This document shows, piece after piece, positions 39,054-51,200 of a DNA stretch of 64,000 nt. The notes under the pieces were generated by a model. It was not told the DNA's origin. It did no database searches and saw nothing but the letters and a program-made list of their open reading frames with translations. Position 1 is the stretch's first letter. Each line of letters starts with the position of its first letter. A program made the position numbers and the translations under genes. The stretch is from Balanoglossus misakiensis (taxonomy: Eukaryota; Animalia; Hemichordata), in contig CM082581.2 of NCBI GenBank assembly GCA_040954595.2, positions 1,170,699-1,234,698 of the forward strand, read 5' to 3'.

Positions 39054-39785
39054 GGTGGCATTGCATGAAAAGTTGTGATTTTTGCCAAATTTTACTTTTT
39101 TACATAAATCGGTAGGCCTAATACTCACCCACATCCTGACTAATACGTCTTGGCGGAAATGGTGCACAATCACCCCCAAATAGCACTTTTCTGAATGAGT
39201 TCACAGCTTAACAAATAGGTGTCAACAATGCAAATGGCCGTTTTTCTCGGTTTGCATTTTCGCTGCTTTTGACAACTTCGGACTAAAATAGCTTCGCCCT
39301 GCATTGGCCGAATTTGCTCAAATTTTGACAGGGAATTGTGTATGACCCATCCAACAAAACGCTAGTTTTGTATGTCGATAAAGTGTCCCTAGCGGGAATA
39401 AACTCTGATTCAATACAACTCACCGTGAATTTGATCAAATTTTCAGAAAATCTAACTTTCAAACGCTGTTACTCCTCAATGGAAGCAGATAACGCAAAAC
39501 AAAATTAGCGTTTTTTTGCACGTGTACTTTAGTTTCGAATGACATATTAAGATGCATGATGCATGGTCAACTTTTTTACCTATTTTAAATTTCATGACAT
39601 AATATCAAAAAATGGGTTTTTCGCCCAAAATCGCCACCATTTCCGGGGATCAATAATATTTGCAACTCAAACAAAAGTTCAAAATCTCAGCTTCCAGAAT
39701 ATATATGGTTTATGGGGGTTTAAACTTTGTCTTTGATGAGAAATAGGCCTCTGAAAAAGTCTCGACGGTTTCATGCAGTGCCACC
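39054..39785. mobile_element. Non-autonomous DNA transposon, 17-bp TIR, TTAA TSD (Kolobok-like)
   Basis: TTAA|GGTGGCATTGCATGAAA ... TTTCATGCAGTGCCACC|TTAA (16/17 match). Confidence 0.92.
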
Positions 39786-40079
39786 TTAAACAACTCTATA
39801 AAAAGTCTTATTGCTTAGTACTGGCACGAGGTGGTAAAAAGATGTGCAGCTTTTGACTTATTACAGGCTTACACTTTGTTAGTAATATGAGTCCCTATTG
39901 GTATTGTGCTGGGTTTTTAGGAGCTTGGGCCCCATTCCCTGGATATTTTTTACACCTTGCTCTGAAAACCTGCCACACCTATGCTTCTTGAATTTGTCAC
40001 AGTTGTCCTTGCCAATGAGTGTGCACCTTGAAATTCAAATCAGTCATTTGACCTGGCAGCCATATTCAGTTGAACTTGT

Positions 40080-41616
40080 TAAATAAATGCAAATTAGCTG
40101 GGAAAATTTGAAATTGGTCAAAACCACTGGTCAGATTGATTTGACAATTGGTATGCAAGTACCTTATGTCAACCACATACAGTCCTGTATTTTGAATAGT
40201 TTGAATGTTCTATTTTTATGCATTTTTTGCCTTTTTCCTCATTTTTGGTAAAACATCTACTTTTCTAAAATTGATGAGACGACTTCTTTGAAATTTAGTA
40301 TGAAGCTTCATATAGGTGATATGAGTTAGCATACTTTTGTTAAAATGTTGCAAAATTTGCATATTCATAATTTTGGAGCAATTTCGGCCGTTTTTGAATT
40401 TTTTTTTTAAACCGGTTGTTACATTGCTTTGAAATTTGTTAGTCATATTAGGGGTAGCCCAAGTAAGATTTGCATGTATGTTTTTCAAATCAACTTGATG
40501 AATTGAATAGTATATTTTTGGGATGATTTTTGCCATTTTCGGTCAAAACTCTTCTCAGAACCCCCCACAGTACGTGAAATATCCCATGAATCACTCTGGT
40601 TTGTACAACCAGAGATTACTCGGTCAAACCAGGCAAAGTTCACATGTGTAGAGAAAATTGTAGACCACTAATACAAATTTTGAGAGCATGCTTTAAAGGC
40701 GAATCTTATTGTCAATTACCATTTCAAATGATAAACAAAATCATGCATTATTGAAAGAGGAGATACAAATTTTATAAAATAAGCAATTGCATAGCCAGCC
40801 GATACAAAAAAGTTTGAAGTAAAACAGGGACACTTGAAACACTTGTTTAATCAAACAAAACGATATTGATTTTTTTCTATAGACAGAACAATGGAAATTT
40901 ACATGTTAACTTTCAACAGAGACTGGCCACCTCAGTTAGTCATTGCTTCTTTCCTCCTAAGTGTGACATTTGACGTACATGAATGAATACTTTGATTTCT
41001 ATGGCTTTTAAATCTTGATTTTGAAATTTTCACTCTAATTCCTCAACATACTTTTTCTAGATAAATCTTAATACAGTTATATGTACTTCATATCATTGTT
41101 AGTATCTAAAACAGAAAGTAATTAAATGGACAATCTCGATGATACAAATCATGGAGAGTTGTGGGTAAAATATCGTACTGTGCCCCCTTTACCCCCACTG
41201 CTTTGAAATTTGATTTGAAGGTTTCAGGGTTTGTTCTCATGATAATTTACAGATTGATTTGACAATTGGTATGCAAGTACCTTATGTCAACCACATACAA
41301 TCCTGTATTTTTTTAACTAATAGTTTGAATGTTCTATTTTATGCATTTTTTGCCTTTTTCCTCATTTGTGGTAAAAAAATTTAGTATGAAGCTTCATGTA
41401 GGTGATATGAGTTACAATACTTTTGTTGAAATGTTGCAAAATTTGCATATTGATAATTTTGGAGCAATTTCAGCCTTGTTTAATTAATTTTTTTTCTCTA
41501 AAACCGCTTGTTCCATTGCTTTAAAATTTGTTAGTCATGTTAGGGGTAGCTCAAGTAAGATTTGCATGTATGTTTTTCAAATCAACTTGATGAATTGAAT
41601 AGTATATTTTTGGGGG
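40080..41616 (+). repeat. Two near-identical HINE-core blocks (~40130-40525 and ~41250-41616) separated by other sequence
   Basis: Both begin CAGATTGATTTGACAATTGGTATGCAAGTACCTTATGTCAACC and end GAATTGAATAGTATATTTTTGGG. Confidence 0.8.
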
Positions 41617-41912
41617 ATCAAATCAAATCAAATCAAAACAAACATTTATAAAGCGCCAGAATCAATAACAATGTTATTTCCAAAGGCGCTGAAAGTATAA
41701 CATCAGTGTTCGTAGGCTTTGACAAATAGAAATGTCTTGAGTTTTTGTTTGAAAATGTTGAGACTAGAAGCCTGTTGAATGTCAGATGGCAGAGAATTCC
41801 AAAGTTGTGGCGCGACAAGGGAAAAGGCACATCCACCATATGTTTTGAGTCTGTACTTTGGTACACACAACTGGTTCCTTGAGCTGGAGCGCAGAGCCCG
41901 ACTAGGCTTATA
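41617..41912 (-). mobile_element. L2-group LINE extreme 3' fragment
   Basis: YKPSRALRSSSRNQLCVPKYRLKTYGGCAFSLVAPQLWNSLPSDIQQASSLNIFKQKLKTFLF. AGCGCC..GGCGCT 3' stem and (TTTGA)n tail. Confidence 0.9.
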
Positions 41913-42655
41913 TGATTTTTGATTTGATTTGGTTTCAGGGTGATTTCTCATGATGATTTACAAAACCTATGACTGATTACTTTGAAATTTGAGTAGGAAG
42001 TTAATTGGATGTGTTTGTTTAGATAATGGAATCAAATAAAGTTATTCATTCTTCACCTTCATTCTTCACCTCATTTCATTTATTGGCTGGTTTGTCTATT
42101 GTATCAGGGAAGAGTACTTGCCATCCCACCCCACCGATGCAAACTTTGAGTGGCAAAAGTAAAATTTGTCATAACATTGAGTTAATTTGCTTTTGGGCTC
42201 ACTAAAATGCAACTTTGAGCTCTGTATTTGTACAAAATTTTCATTAATTGGCTGGTTTGTCTATTGTACCAGGCCAGCATACATAAGATCAAGATGTTTT
42301 CGGGGCTGGGGGGGGCATCATATTTTATTGCCTCTCTATGTGTGTGTCTGTCTGTCTGTACTCCTGTGTAGACTTTTTCTAGTGTAATCACTAAATGAGA
42401 CCACAGTGTCCTTGACGCTATTTTTTGCGATTTTCAATGACCCTGGGGTAACCTTTGACCAGCTTTCATATATCTTGGTATTCACAGCACAATACAGCCT
42501 TGGCATACCCTGGTAACCATGGGAACCGTTTGGGCCCAACCAATGGTGCTGGCAGCGTTAATTTTTAAATGATTTCTTCTTGTCGTTTTCTTTATCAATA
42601 TGATGACTTGACCTAATCAGATTATTAAAATAATTTCATTCTTTTTTTACATTAG

Positions 42656-42728
42656 GTTCTTTGGTAACACTGCTGCTGGAGGGAGTGTAATATTTGTAAC
42701 GACGTCGCCACCTAATACTGTACTGGAG
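42656..42728 (+). CDS. Putative 73-nt mini-exon C
   Basis: TTCATTCTTTTTTTACATTAG acceptor and GAG|GTATGA donor. Open frame FFGNTAAGGSVIFVTTSPPNTVLE. Confidence 0.35.
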
Positions 42729-43303
42729 GTATGAACTTAAACTTGTAACGACGCCGCCACCTAATACTGTACTGGAGAGATGAAGTTAATACTTGTAACG
42801 ACGCCGCCACCTAATACTGTACTGGAGAGATGAAGTTAATACTTGTAACGACGCCGCCACCTAATACTGTACTGGAGAGATGAAGTTAATACTTGTAACG
42901 ACGCCGCCACCTAATACTGTACTGGAGAGATGAAGTTAATACTTGTAACGACGCTGCCACCTAATACTGTACTGGAGAGATGAAGTTAATACTTGTAACG
43001 ACGCCGCCACCTAATACTGTACTGGAGAGATGAAGTTAATACTTGTAACGACGCCGCCACCTAATACTGTACTGGAGGGATGAACTTAAACTTGTAACGA
43101 CGCCGCCACCTAATACTGTACTGGAGAGATGAAGTTAATACTTGTAACGACGCCGCCACCTAATACTGTACTGGAATGATGAAGTTAATACTTGTAACGC
43201 CGCCGCCACCTAATACTGTACTGGAGAGATGAACTTAATACTTGTAACGACGCCGCCACCTTATACTGTACTGGAGGGATGAACTTAAACCTGTAACGAC
43301 GCC
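42693..43303. repeat. 50-bp minisatellite, ~12 copies
   Basis: Unit ACTTGTAACGACGCCGCCACCTAATACTGTACTGGAGAGATGAAGTTAAT. Confidence 0.97.
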
Positions 43304-43392
43304 AGATGATGCTCCTGTGACCAGAGGGATGAACGACGCCATGATTTGTTGATCTGATCTAATTAATAATATTCATTCTTTTTTTTCAATAG

Positions 43393-43490
43393 GTTCATTG
43401 GTATTATCATCGCCGGAGGGAGTCTAATCAATATCTACAACAACGCCGCACCAGATAACAATATCAAAACCAGAGGGATGCTGTCAATAG
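43393..43490 (+). CDS. Putative exon D, diverged paralog of exon C
   Basis: TTCATTCTTTTTTTTCAATAG acceptor. Frame FIGIIIAGGSLINIYNNAAPDTISKPEGCCQ*, then GTTAGG. Confidence 0.3.
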
Positions 43491-44050
43491 GTTAGGCTAA
43501 TAAAAATGGTTTAATCTGAGGGAATGGTAAAGGGTTGGTGTATGAATATGTTAGGGTAATAAAAAATGGTATAATCTAACGGAATGGTGAAGGGTTGGTG
43601 TATAAACAGGTTAGGCTAATAAAAATGGTATAATCTAATGAAATGGTGAAGGGTTGGTGTATGATGACTAATAAGACATTGTGCACAAGGGTACTATAAT
43701 AAAACTGTCTGCAAGGGTATAATATTATGGTTTCAAGGGTATGATAAGTAATTAAAATACTATAAAAACATGAGTAATGCCACGTGGTAAATAAAAACTG
43801 TACATGTACAGAGGGTAAATACCGGTATAATATATAAAGGTGTTAACATCAATGGTGTAATAATAAAAAAAATGGGTAACACATGGTTTTGGTGGTATAA
43901 TAATAATAAAATGGTATTAACTTGATGGTATAAACATTATGGGATGTGTATAAACGGTGTTAATATTACAAAGGTATAATGATTAGTTGGGGTGTAATAA
44001 TAAGAAATTTAAAATCATTGGGTAATTTATTAGTGTCAGGTTGGGTAAAA
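43490..44050. repeat. Degenerate ~61-bp repeats decaying into GGT(A/G)TAAT-rich low complexity
   Basis: GGTTAGGCTAATAAAAATGGT..GGGTTGGTGTAT occurs three times at 43490-43665. Strong G-over-C skew. Confidence 0.7.
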
Positions 44051-44101
44051 TAATTGTTGCTATGCATTCGTGTAATAATTGTCTGCGGATTTTTTGCAGC
44101 G

Positions 44102-44284
44102 TTACCCGCGTTCGCGTTCTTCATTGCAGGTCGCTCGTCATGTAATGGAATTTCGCCGTGTGCCCGTTTGATTCGCCGATGGATTTTTTACAACATTACC
44201 CGCGTTCGCGTTCTTCATCGCAGTTGGATCGTCGTGTAATGGAATTTCGCCGTGTGCCCGTTTGATTCGCCGATGGATTTTTTG
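44102..44284. repeat. Direct repeat, two copies of ~90 bp
   Basis: TTACCCGCGTTCGCGTTCTTCAT..GATTCGCCGATGGATTTTTT occurs twice. Confidence 0.9.
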
Positions 44285-44710
44285 CTTTCGTCATCGTAAT
44301 TCCCGCATCAACAAGAATCCTCAATCTCGCGTAACAACAATACATCAAAATGTACACAGAAAAATAGGAGTCGGCAAGACAATTCTGGTTAGTTTGAGCC
44401 CCAACCTTTTAAAATTCACAACGGGGGAGGGGGCAGTTTTTCCTCATTTTATATTTGGCTCGAGGTTTTTAACTGTCCCCAGGCGCGTAAAGTTAGTTAG
44501 TTTATCACACAGTATGTAATTATCTTGCTTGATTTAAAAAAACACTAAAATTGTATGGGGGAGCTTCTTGCGATTTGCACTTAAGAAACTGATGGTTTGT
44601 ACCCATAGATAATATTTAGTATTAAGCACATAATTGCCTGGAAATAAAAATTAACTCAAGGGTAGAATGCAACAGTTAATTTTGTGCAATATCAACAGGA
44701 GCTATTTTGG

Positions 44711-44817
44711 CACATTATTTCAGTTTGATAAACACTGTTTTTGCTCATTGTTTCATTTCGACCACATTATTTCAGTTTGATAAACACTGTTTTTGCTTAT
44801 TGTTTCATTTCAACCAC
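44711..44817. repeat. Tandem duplication, two copies of 52 bp
   Basis: CACATTATTTCAGTTTGATAAACACTGTTTTTGCT occurs twice. Confidence 0.9.
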
Positions 44818-45228
44818 TTTTGTCACCTTGTTTTAAATTGAATGCAAGCATTGTTTCTGTTTGACCACTACTTGGGGTAATTGTTCCAAATTGGTATGCA
44901 AGATATTTTACATCAGCAGTTAGCCATCTAGCCACACTTTAGCTGCACAGCATATGAAAAATAATGAAATTCATGCAAAAAGCAAAAAAGTATTATGGGT
45001 ATAATGCCATTGCAGCATTGGCGGTTCGACTCCGTCGATACTTACTTTGAAGCATAAGTCTTCATTATTTTTCATATGTAATAAATAAAACTCTTCCAAA
45101 TTCATATCTTTGTTTTAAGTTTGTGCTTTTGCTTCAGTTAGGGGGCCCACATTTACCAAACCTGTCTTGCCATCTTTTCACATTTCTTCAAATATGCAGC
45201 GCCAGCGGTAGGCAGTATTTGATCAAAT

Positions 45229-48200
45229 TGACCCACAAATCACTCAAAATTAATAGGCAGGATACTGTCCACTCTGGCCTGGTTACTGTCTGGCCTGCTT
45301 AATGTTGACGCAAAGGTTGACCCCACCAAACACTCAAAATTAATAGGCAGCATACTGGCCACTCTGGCCTAGTTAATGTTGACGCAAAGGTTGACCCCCA
45401 CCAAACACTCAAAATTAATGGGCACGATACTGGCCACTCTGGCCTAGTTAATGTTGACGCAAAGGTTGACCCCACCAAACACTCAAAATCAATGGGCAGC
45501 ATACTGTCCACTATGGCCTGGTTACTGTGTGCTCTGGTTAATGTTGACGCAAAGGTTGACCCCACCAAACACTCAAAATTAATGGGCAGCACACTGTCCA
45601 CTACGGCCTGGTTACTGTGTGCTCTGGTTAATGTTGATGCAAAGGTTGACCCCACCAAACACTCAAAATTAATGGGCAGAACACTGTCCACTATGGCCTG
45701 GTTACTGTGTGCTCTGGTTAATGTTGATGCAAAGGTTGACCCCACCAAACACTCAAAATTAATGGGCAGGATACTGGCCACTCTGGCCTAGTTAATGTTG
45801 ACGCAAAGGTTGACCCCCACCAAACACTCAAAATTAATGGGCACGATACTGGCCACTCTGGCCTAGTTAATGTTGACGCAAAGGTTGACCCCACCAAACA
45901 CTCAAAATTAATGGACAGAACACTGTCCACTACGGCCTGGTTACTGTGTGCTCTGGTTAATGTTGACGCAAAGGTTGACCCCCACCAAACACTCAAAATT
46001 AATGGGCACGATACTGGCCACTCTGGCCTAGTTAATGTTGACGCAAAGGTTGACCCCACCAAACACTCAAAATTAATGGGCACGATACTGGCCACTCTGG
46101 CCTAGTTAATGTTGACGCAAAGGTTGACCCCCACCAAACACTCAAAATTAATGGGCACGATACTGGCCACTCTGGCCTAGTTAATGTTGACGCAAAGGTT
46201 GACCCCCACGAAACACTCAAAATTAATGGGCACGATACTGGCCACTCTGGCCTAGTTAATGTTGACGCAAAGGTTGACCCCACCAAACACTCAAAATTAA
46301 TGGGCAGCACACTGTCCACTACGGCCTGGTTACTGTGTGCTCTGGTTAATGTTGACGCAAAGGTTGACCCCACCAAACACTCAAAATTAATGGGCAGAAC
46401 ACAGTCCACTATGGCCTGGTTACTGTGTGCTCTGGTTAATGTTGACGCAAAGGTTGACCCCACCAAACACTCAAAATTAATGGGCAGAACACTGTCCACT
46501 ACGGCCTGGTTATTGTGTGCTCTGGTTAATGTTGATGCAAAGGTTGACGCCACCAAACACTCAAAATCAATGGGCAGCATACTGTCCACTATGGCCTGGT
46601 TACTGTGTGCTCTGGTTAATGTTGACGCAAAGGTTGACCCCACCAAACACTCAAAATTAATGGGCAGAACACTGTCCACTATGGCCTGGTTACTGTGTGC
46701 TCTGGTTAATGTTGACGCAAAGGTTGACCCCACCAAACACTCAAAATTAATGGGCAGCACACTGTCCACTACGGCCTGGTTACTGTGTGCTCTGGTTAAT
46801 GTTGACGCAAAGGTTGACCCCACCAAACACTCAAAATTAATGGGCAGAACACTGTCCACTACGGCCTGGTTACTGTGTGCTCTGGTTAATGTTGACGCAA
46901 AGGTTGACCCCACCAAACACTCAAAATTAATGGGCAGAACACTGTCCACTATGGCCTGGTTACTGTGTGCTCTGGTTAATGTTGACGCAAAGGTTGACCC
47001 CACCAAACACTCAAAATTAATGGGCAGAACACTGTCCACTACGGCCTGGTTACTGTGTGCTCTGGTTAATGTTGACGCAAAGGTTGACCCCACCAAACAC
47101 TCAAAATTAATGGGCAGAACACTGTCCACTACGGCCTGGTTACTGTGTGCTCTGGTTAATGTTGACGCAAAGGTTGACCCCACCAAACACTCAAAATTAA
47201 TGGGCAGCACACTGTCCACTATGGCCTGGTTACTGTGTGCTCTGGTTAATGTTGACGCAAAGGTTGACCCCACCAAACACTCAAAATTAATGGGCAGAAC
47301 ACTGTCCACTACGGCCTGGTTACTGTGTGCTCTGGTTAATGTTGACGCAAAGGTTGACCCCACCAAACACTCAAAATTAATGGGCAGAACACTGTCCACT
47401 ACGGCCTGGTTACTGTGTGCTCTGGTTAATGTTGACGCAAAGGTTGACCCCACCAAACACTCAAAATTAATGGGCAGAACACTGTCCACTACGGCCTGGT
47501 TACTGTGTGCTCTGGTTAATGTTGACGCAAAGGTTGACCCCACCAAACACTCAAAATTAATGGGCAGAACACTGTCCACTACGGCCTGGTTACTGTGTGC
47601 TCTGGTTAATGTTGACGCAAAGGTTGACCCCACCAAACACTCAAAATTAATGGGCAGCACACTGTCCACTATGGCCTGGTTACTGTGTGCTCTGGTTAAT
47701 GTTGACGCAAAGGTTGACCCCACCAAACACTCAAAATTAATGGGCAGAACACTGTCCACTACGGCCTGGTTACTGTGTGCTCTGGTTATTGTTGACGCAA
47801 AGGTTGACCCCCACCAAACACTCAAAATTAATGGGCACGATACTGGCCACTCTGGCCTAGTTAATGTTGACGCAAAGGTTGACCCCACCAAACACTCAAA
47901 ATTAATGGGCACGATACTGGCCACTCTGGCCTAGTTAATGTTGACGCAAAGGTTGACCCCACCAAACACTCATAATTAATGGGCACGATACTGGCCACTC
48001 TGGCCTAGTTAATGTTGACGCAAAGGTTGACCCCACCAAACACTCAAAATTAATGGGCACGATACTGGCCACTCTGGCCTAGTTAATGTTGACGCAAAGG
48101 TTGAACCCACCAAACACTCAAAATTAATGGGCAGAACACTGTCCACTATGGCCTGATTACTCTGTGCTCTGGTTAATGTTGACGCAAAGGTTGACCCCAC

Positions 48201-51200
48201 CAAACACTCAAAATTAATGGGCAGCACACTGTCCACTATGGCCTGGTTACTGTGTGCTCTGGTTAATGTTGACGCAAAGGTTGACCCCACCAAACACTCA
48301 AAATTAATGGGCAGAACACTGTCCACTACGGCCTGGTTACTGTGTGCTCTGGTTAATGTTGACGCAAAGGTTGACCCCACCAAACACTCAACATTAATGG
48401 GCAGCACACTGTCCACTATGGCCTGGTTACTGTGTGCTCTGGTTAATGTTGACGCAAAGGTTGACCCCACCAAACACTCAAAATTAATGGGCAGAACACT
48501 GTCCACTATGGCCTGGTTACTCTGTGCTCTGGTTAATGTTGACGCAAAGGTTGACCCCACCAAACACTCAAAATTAATGGGCAGAACACTGTCCACTATG
48601 GCCTGGTTACTCTGTGCTCTGGTTAATGTTGACGCAAAGGTTGACCCCACCAAACACTCAAAATTAATGGGCAGAACACTGTCCACTACGGCCTGGTTAC
48701 TGTGTGCTCTGGTTAATGTTGACGCAAAGGTTGACCCCACCAAACACTCAAAATTAATGGGCAGAACACTGTCCACTACGGCCTGGTTACTGTGTGCTCT
48801 GGTTAATGTTGACGCAAAGGTTGACCCCCACCAAACACTCAAAATTAATGGGCACGATACTGGCCACTCTGGCCTAGTTAATGTTGACGCAAAGGTTGAC
48901 CCCACCAAACACTCAAAATTAATGGGCACGATACTGGCCACTCTGGCCTAGTTAATGTTGACGCAAAGGTTGACCCCACCAAACACTCAAAATTAATGGG
49001 CACGATACTGGCCACTCTGGCCTAGTTAATGTTGACGCAAAGGTTGACCCCACCAAACACTCAAAATTAATGGGCACGATACTGGCCACTCTGGCCTAGT
49101 TAATGTTGACGCAAAGGTTGAACCCACCAAACACTCAAAATTAATGGGCAGAACACTGTCCACTATGGCCTGGTTACTCTGTGCTCTGGTTAATGTTGAC
49201 GCAAAGGTTGACCCCACCAAACACTCAAAATTAATGGGCAGCACACTGTCCACTATGGCCTGGTTACTGTGTGCTCTGGTTAATGTTGACGCAAAGGTTG
49301 ACCCCACCAAACACTCAAAATTAATGGGCAGAACACTGTCCACTACGGCCTGGTTACTGTGTGCTCTGGTTAATGTTGACGCAAAGGTTGACCCCACCAA
49401 ACACTCAAAATTAATGGGCAGCACACTGTCCACTATGGCCTGGTTACTGTGTGCTCTGGTTAATGTTGACGCAAAGGTTGACCCCACCAAACACTCAAAA
49501 TTAATGGGCAGAACACTGTCCACTACGGCCTGGTTACTGTGTGCTCTGGTTAATGTTGACGCAAAGGTTGACCCCACCAAACACTCAAAATTAATGGGCA
49601 GAACACTGTCCACTACGGCCTGGTTACTGTGTGCTCTGGTTAATGTTGACGCAAAGGTTGACCCCACCAAACACTCAAAATTAATGGGCAGAACACTGTC
49701 CACTATGGCCTGGTTACTGTGTGCTCTGGTTAATGTTGACGCAAAGGTTGACCCCACCAAACACTCAAAATTAATGGGCAGCACACTGTCCACTACGGCC
49801 TGGTTACTGTGTGCTCTGGTTAATGTTGACGCAAAGGTTGACCCCACCAAACACTCAAAATTAATGGGCAGAACACTGTCCACTACGGCCTGGTTACTGT
49901 GTGCTCTGGTTAATGTTGACGCAAAGGTTGACCCCACCAAACACTCAAAATTAATGGGCAGAACACTGTCCACTATGGCCTGGTTACTGTGTGCTCTGGT
50001 TAATGTTGACGCAAAGGTTGACCCCACCAAACACTCAAAATTAATGGGCAGAACACTGTCCACTACGGCCTGGTTACTGTGTGCTCTGGTTAATGTTGAC
50101 GCAAAGGTTGACCCCACCAAACACTCAAAATTAATGGGCAGAACACTGTCCACTACGGCCTGGTTACTGTGTGCTCTGGTTAATGTTGACGCAAAGGTTG
50201 ACCCCACCAAACACTCAAAATTAATGGGCAGCACACTGTCCACTATGGCCTGGTTACTGTGTGCTCTGGTTAATGTTGACGCAAAGGTTGACCCCACCAA
50301 ACACTCAAAATTAATGGGCAGAACACTGTCCACTACGGCCTGGTTACTGTGTGCTCTGGTTAATGTTGACGCAAAGGTTGACCCCCACCAAACACTCAAA
50401 ATTAATGGGCACGATACTGGCCACTCTGGCCTAGTTAATGTTGACGCAAAGGTTGACCCCACCAAACACTCAAAATTAATGGGCACGATACTGGCCACTC
50501 TGGCCTAGTTAATGTTGACGCAAAGGTTGACCCCACCAAACACTCAAAATTAATGGGCACGATACTGGCCACTCTGGCCTAGTTAATGTTGACGCAAAGG
50601 TTGACCCCACCAAACACTCAAAATTAATGGGCACGATACTGGCCACTCTGGCCTAGTTAATGTTGACGCAAAGGTTGACCCCACCAAACACTCAAAATTA
50701 ATGGGCACGATACTGGCCACTCTGGCCTACTTAATGTTGACGCAAAGGTTGACCGCACCAAACACTCAAAATTAATGGGCAGAACACTGTCCACTACGGC
50801 CTGGTTACTGTGTGCTCTGGTTAATGTTGACGCAAAGGTTGACCCCACCAAACACTCAAAATTAATGGGCAGAACACTGTCCACTCGACCTGGTTACTGT
50901 GTGCTCTGGTTAATGTTGACGCAAAGGTTGACCCCACCAAACACTCAAAATTAATGGGCAGAACACTGTCCACTACGGCCTGGTTACTGTGTGCTCTGGT
51001 TAATGTTGACGCAAAGGTTGACCCCACCAAACACTCAAAATTAATGGGCAGCACACTGTCCACTATGGCCTGGTTACTGTGTGCTCTGGTTAATGTTGAC
51101 GCAAAGGTTGACCCCACCAAACACTCAAAATTAATGGGCAGAACACTGTCCACTACGGCCTGGTTACTGTGTGCTCTGGTTAATGTTGACGCAAAGGTTG

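Noticed and set aside
42693-43303. CRISPR-like array
   Set aside because: Units are contiguous and near-identical with no unique spacers. The context is eukaryotic and there are no cas genes.
44995-45035. tRNA or SINE suggested by a GGTTCGACTCC B-box
   Set aside because: The possible A-box is only ~28 nt upstream and no cloverleaf can be formed.
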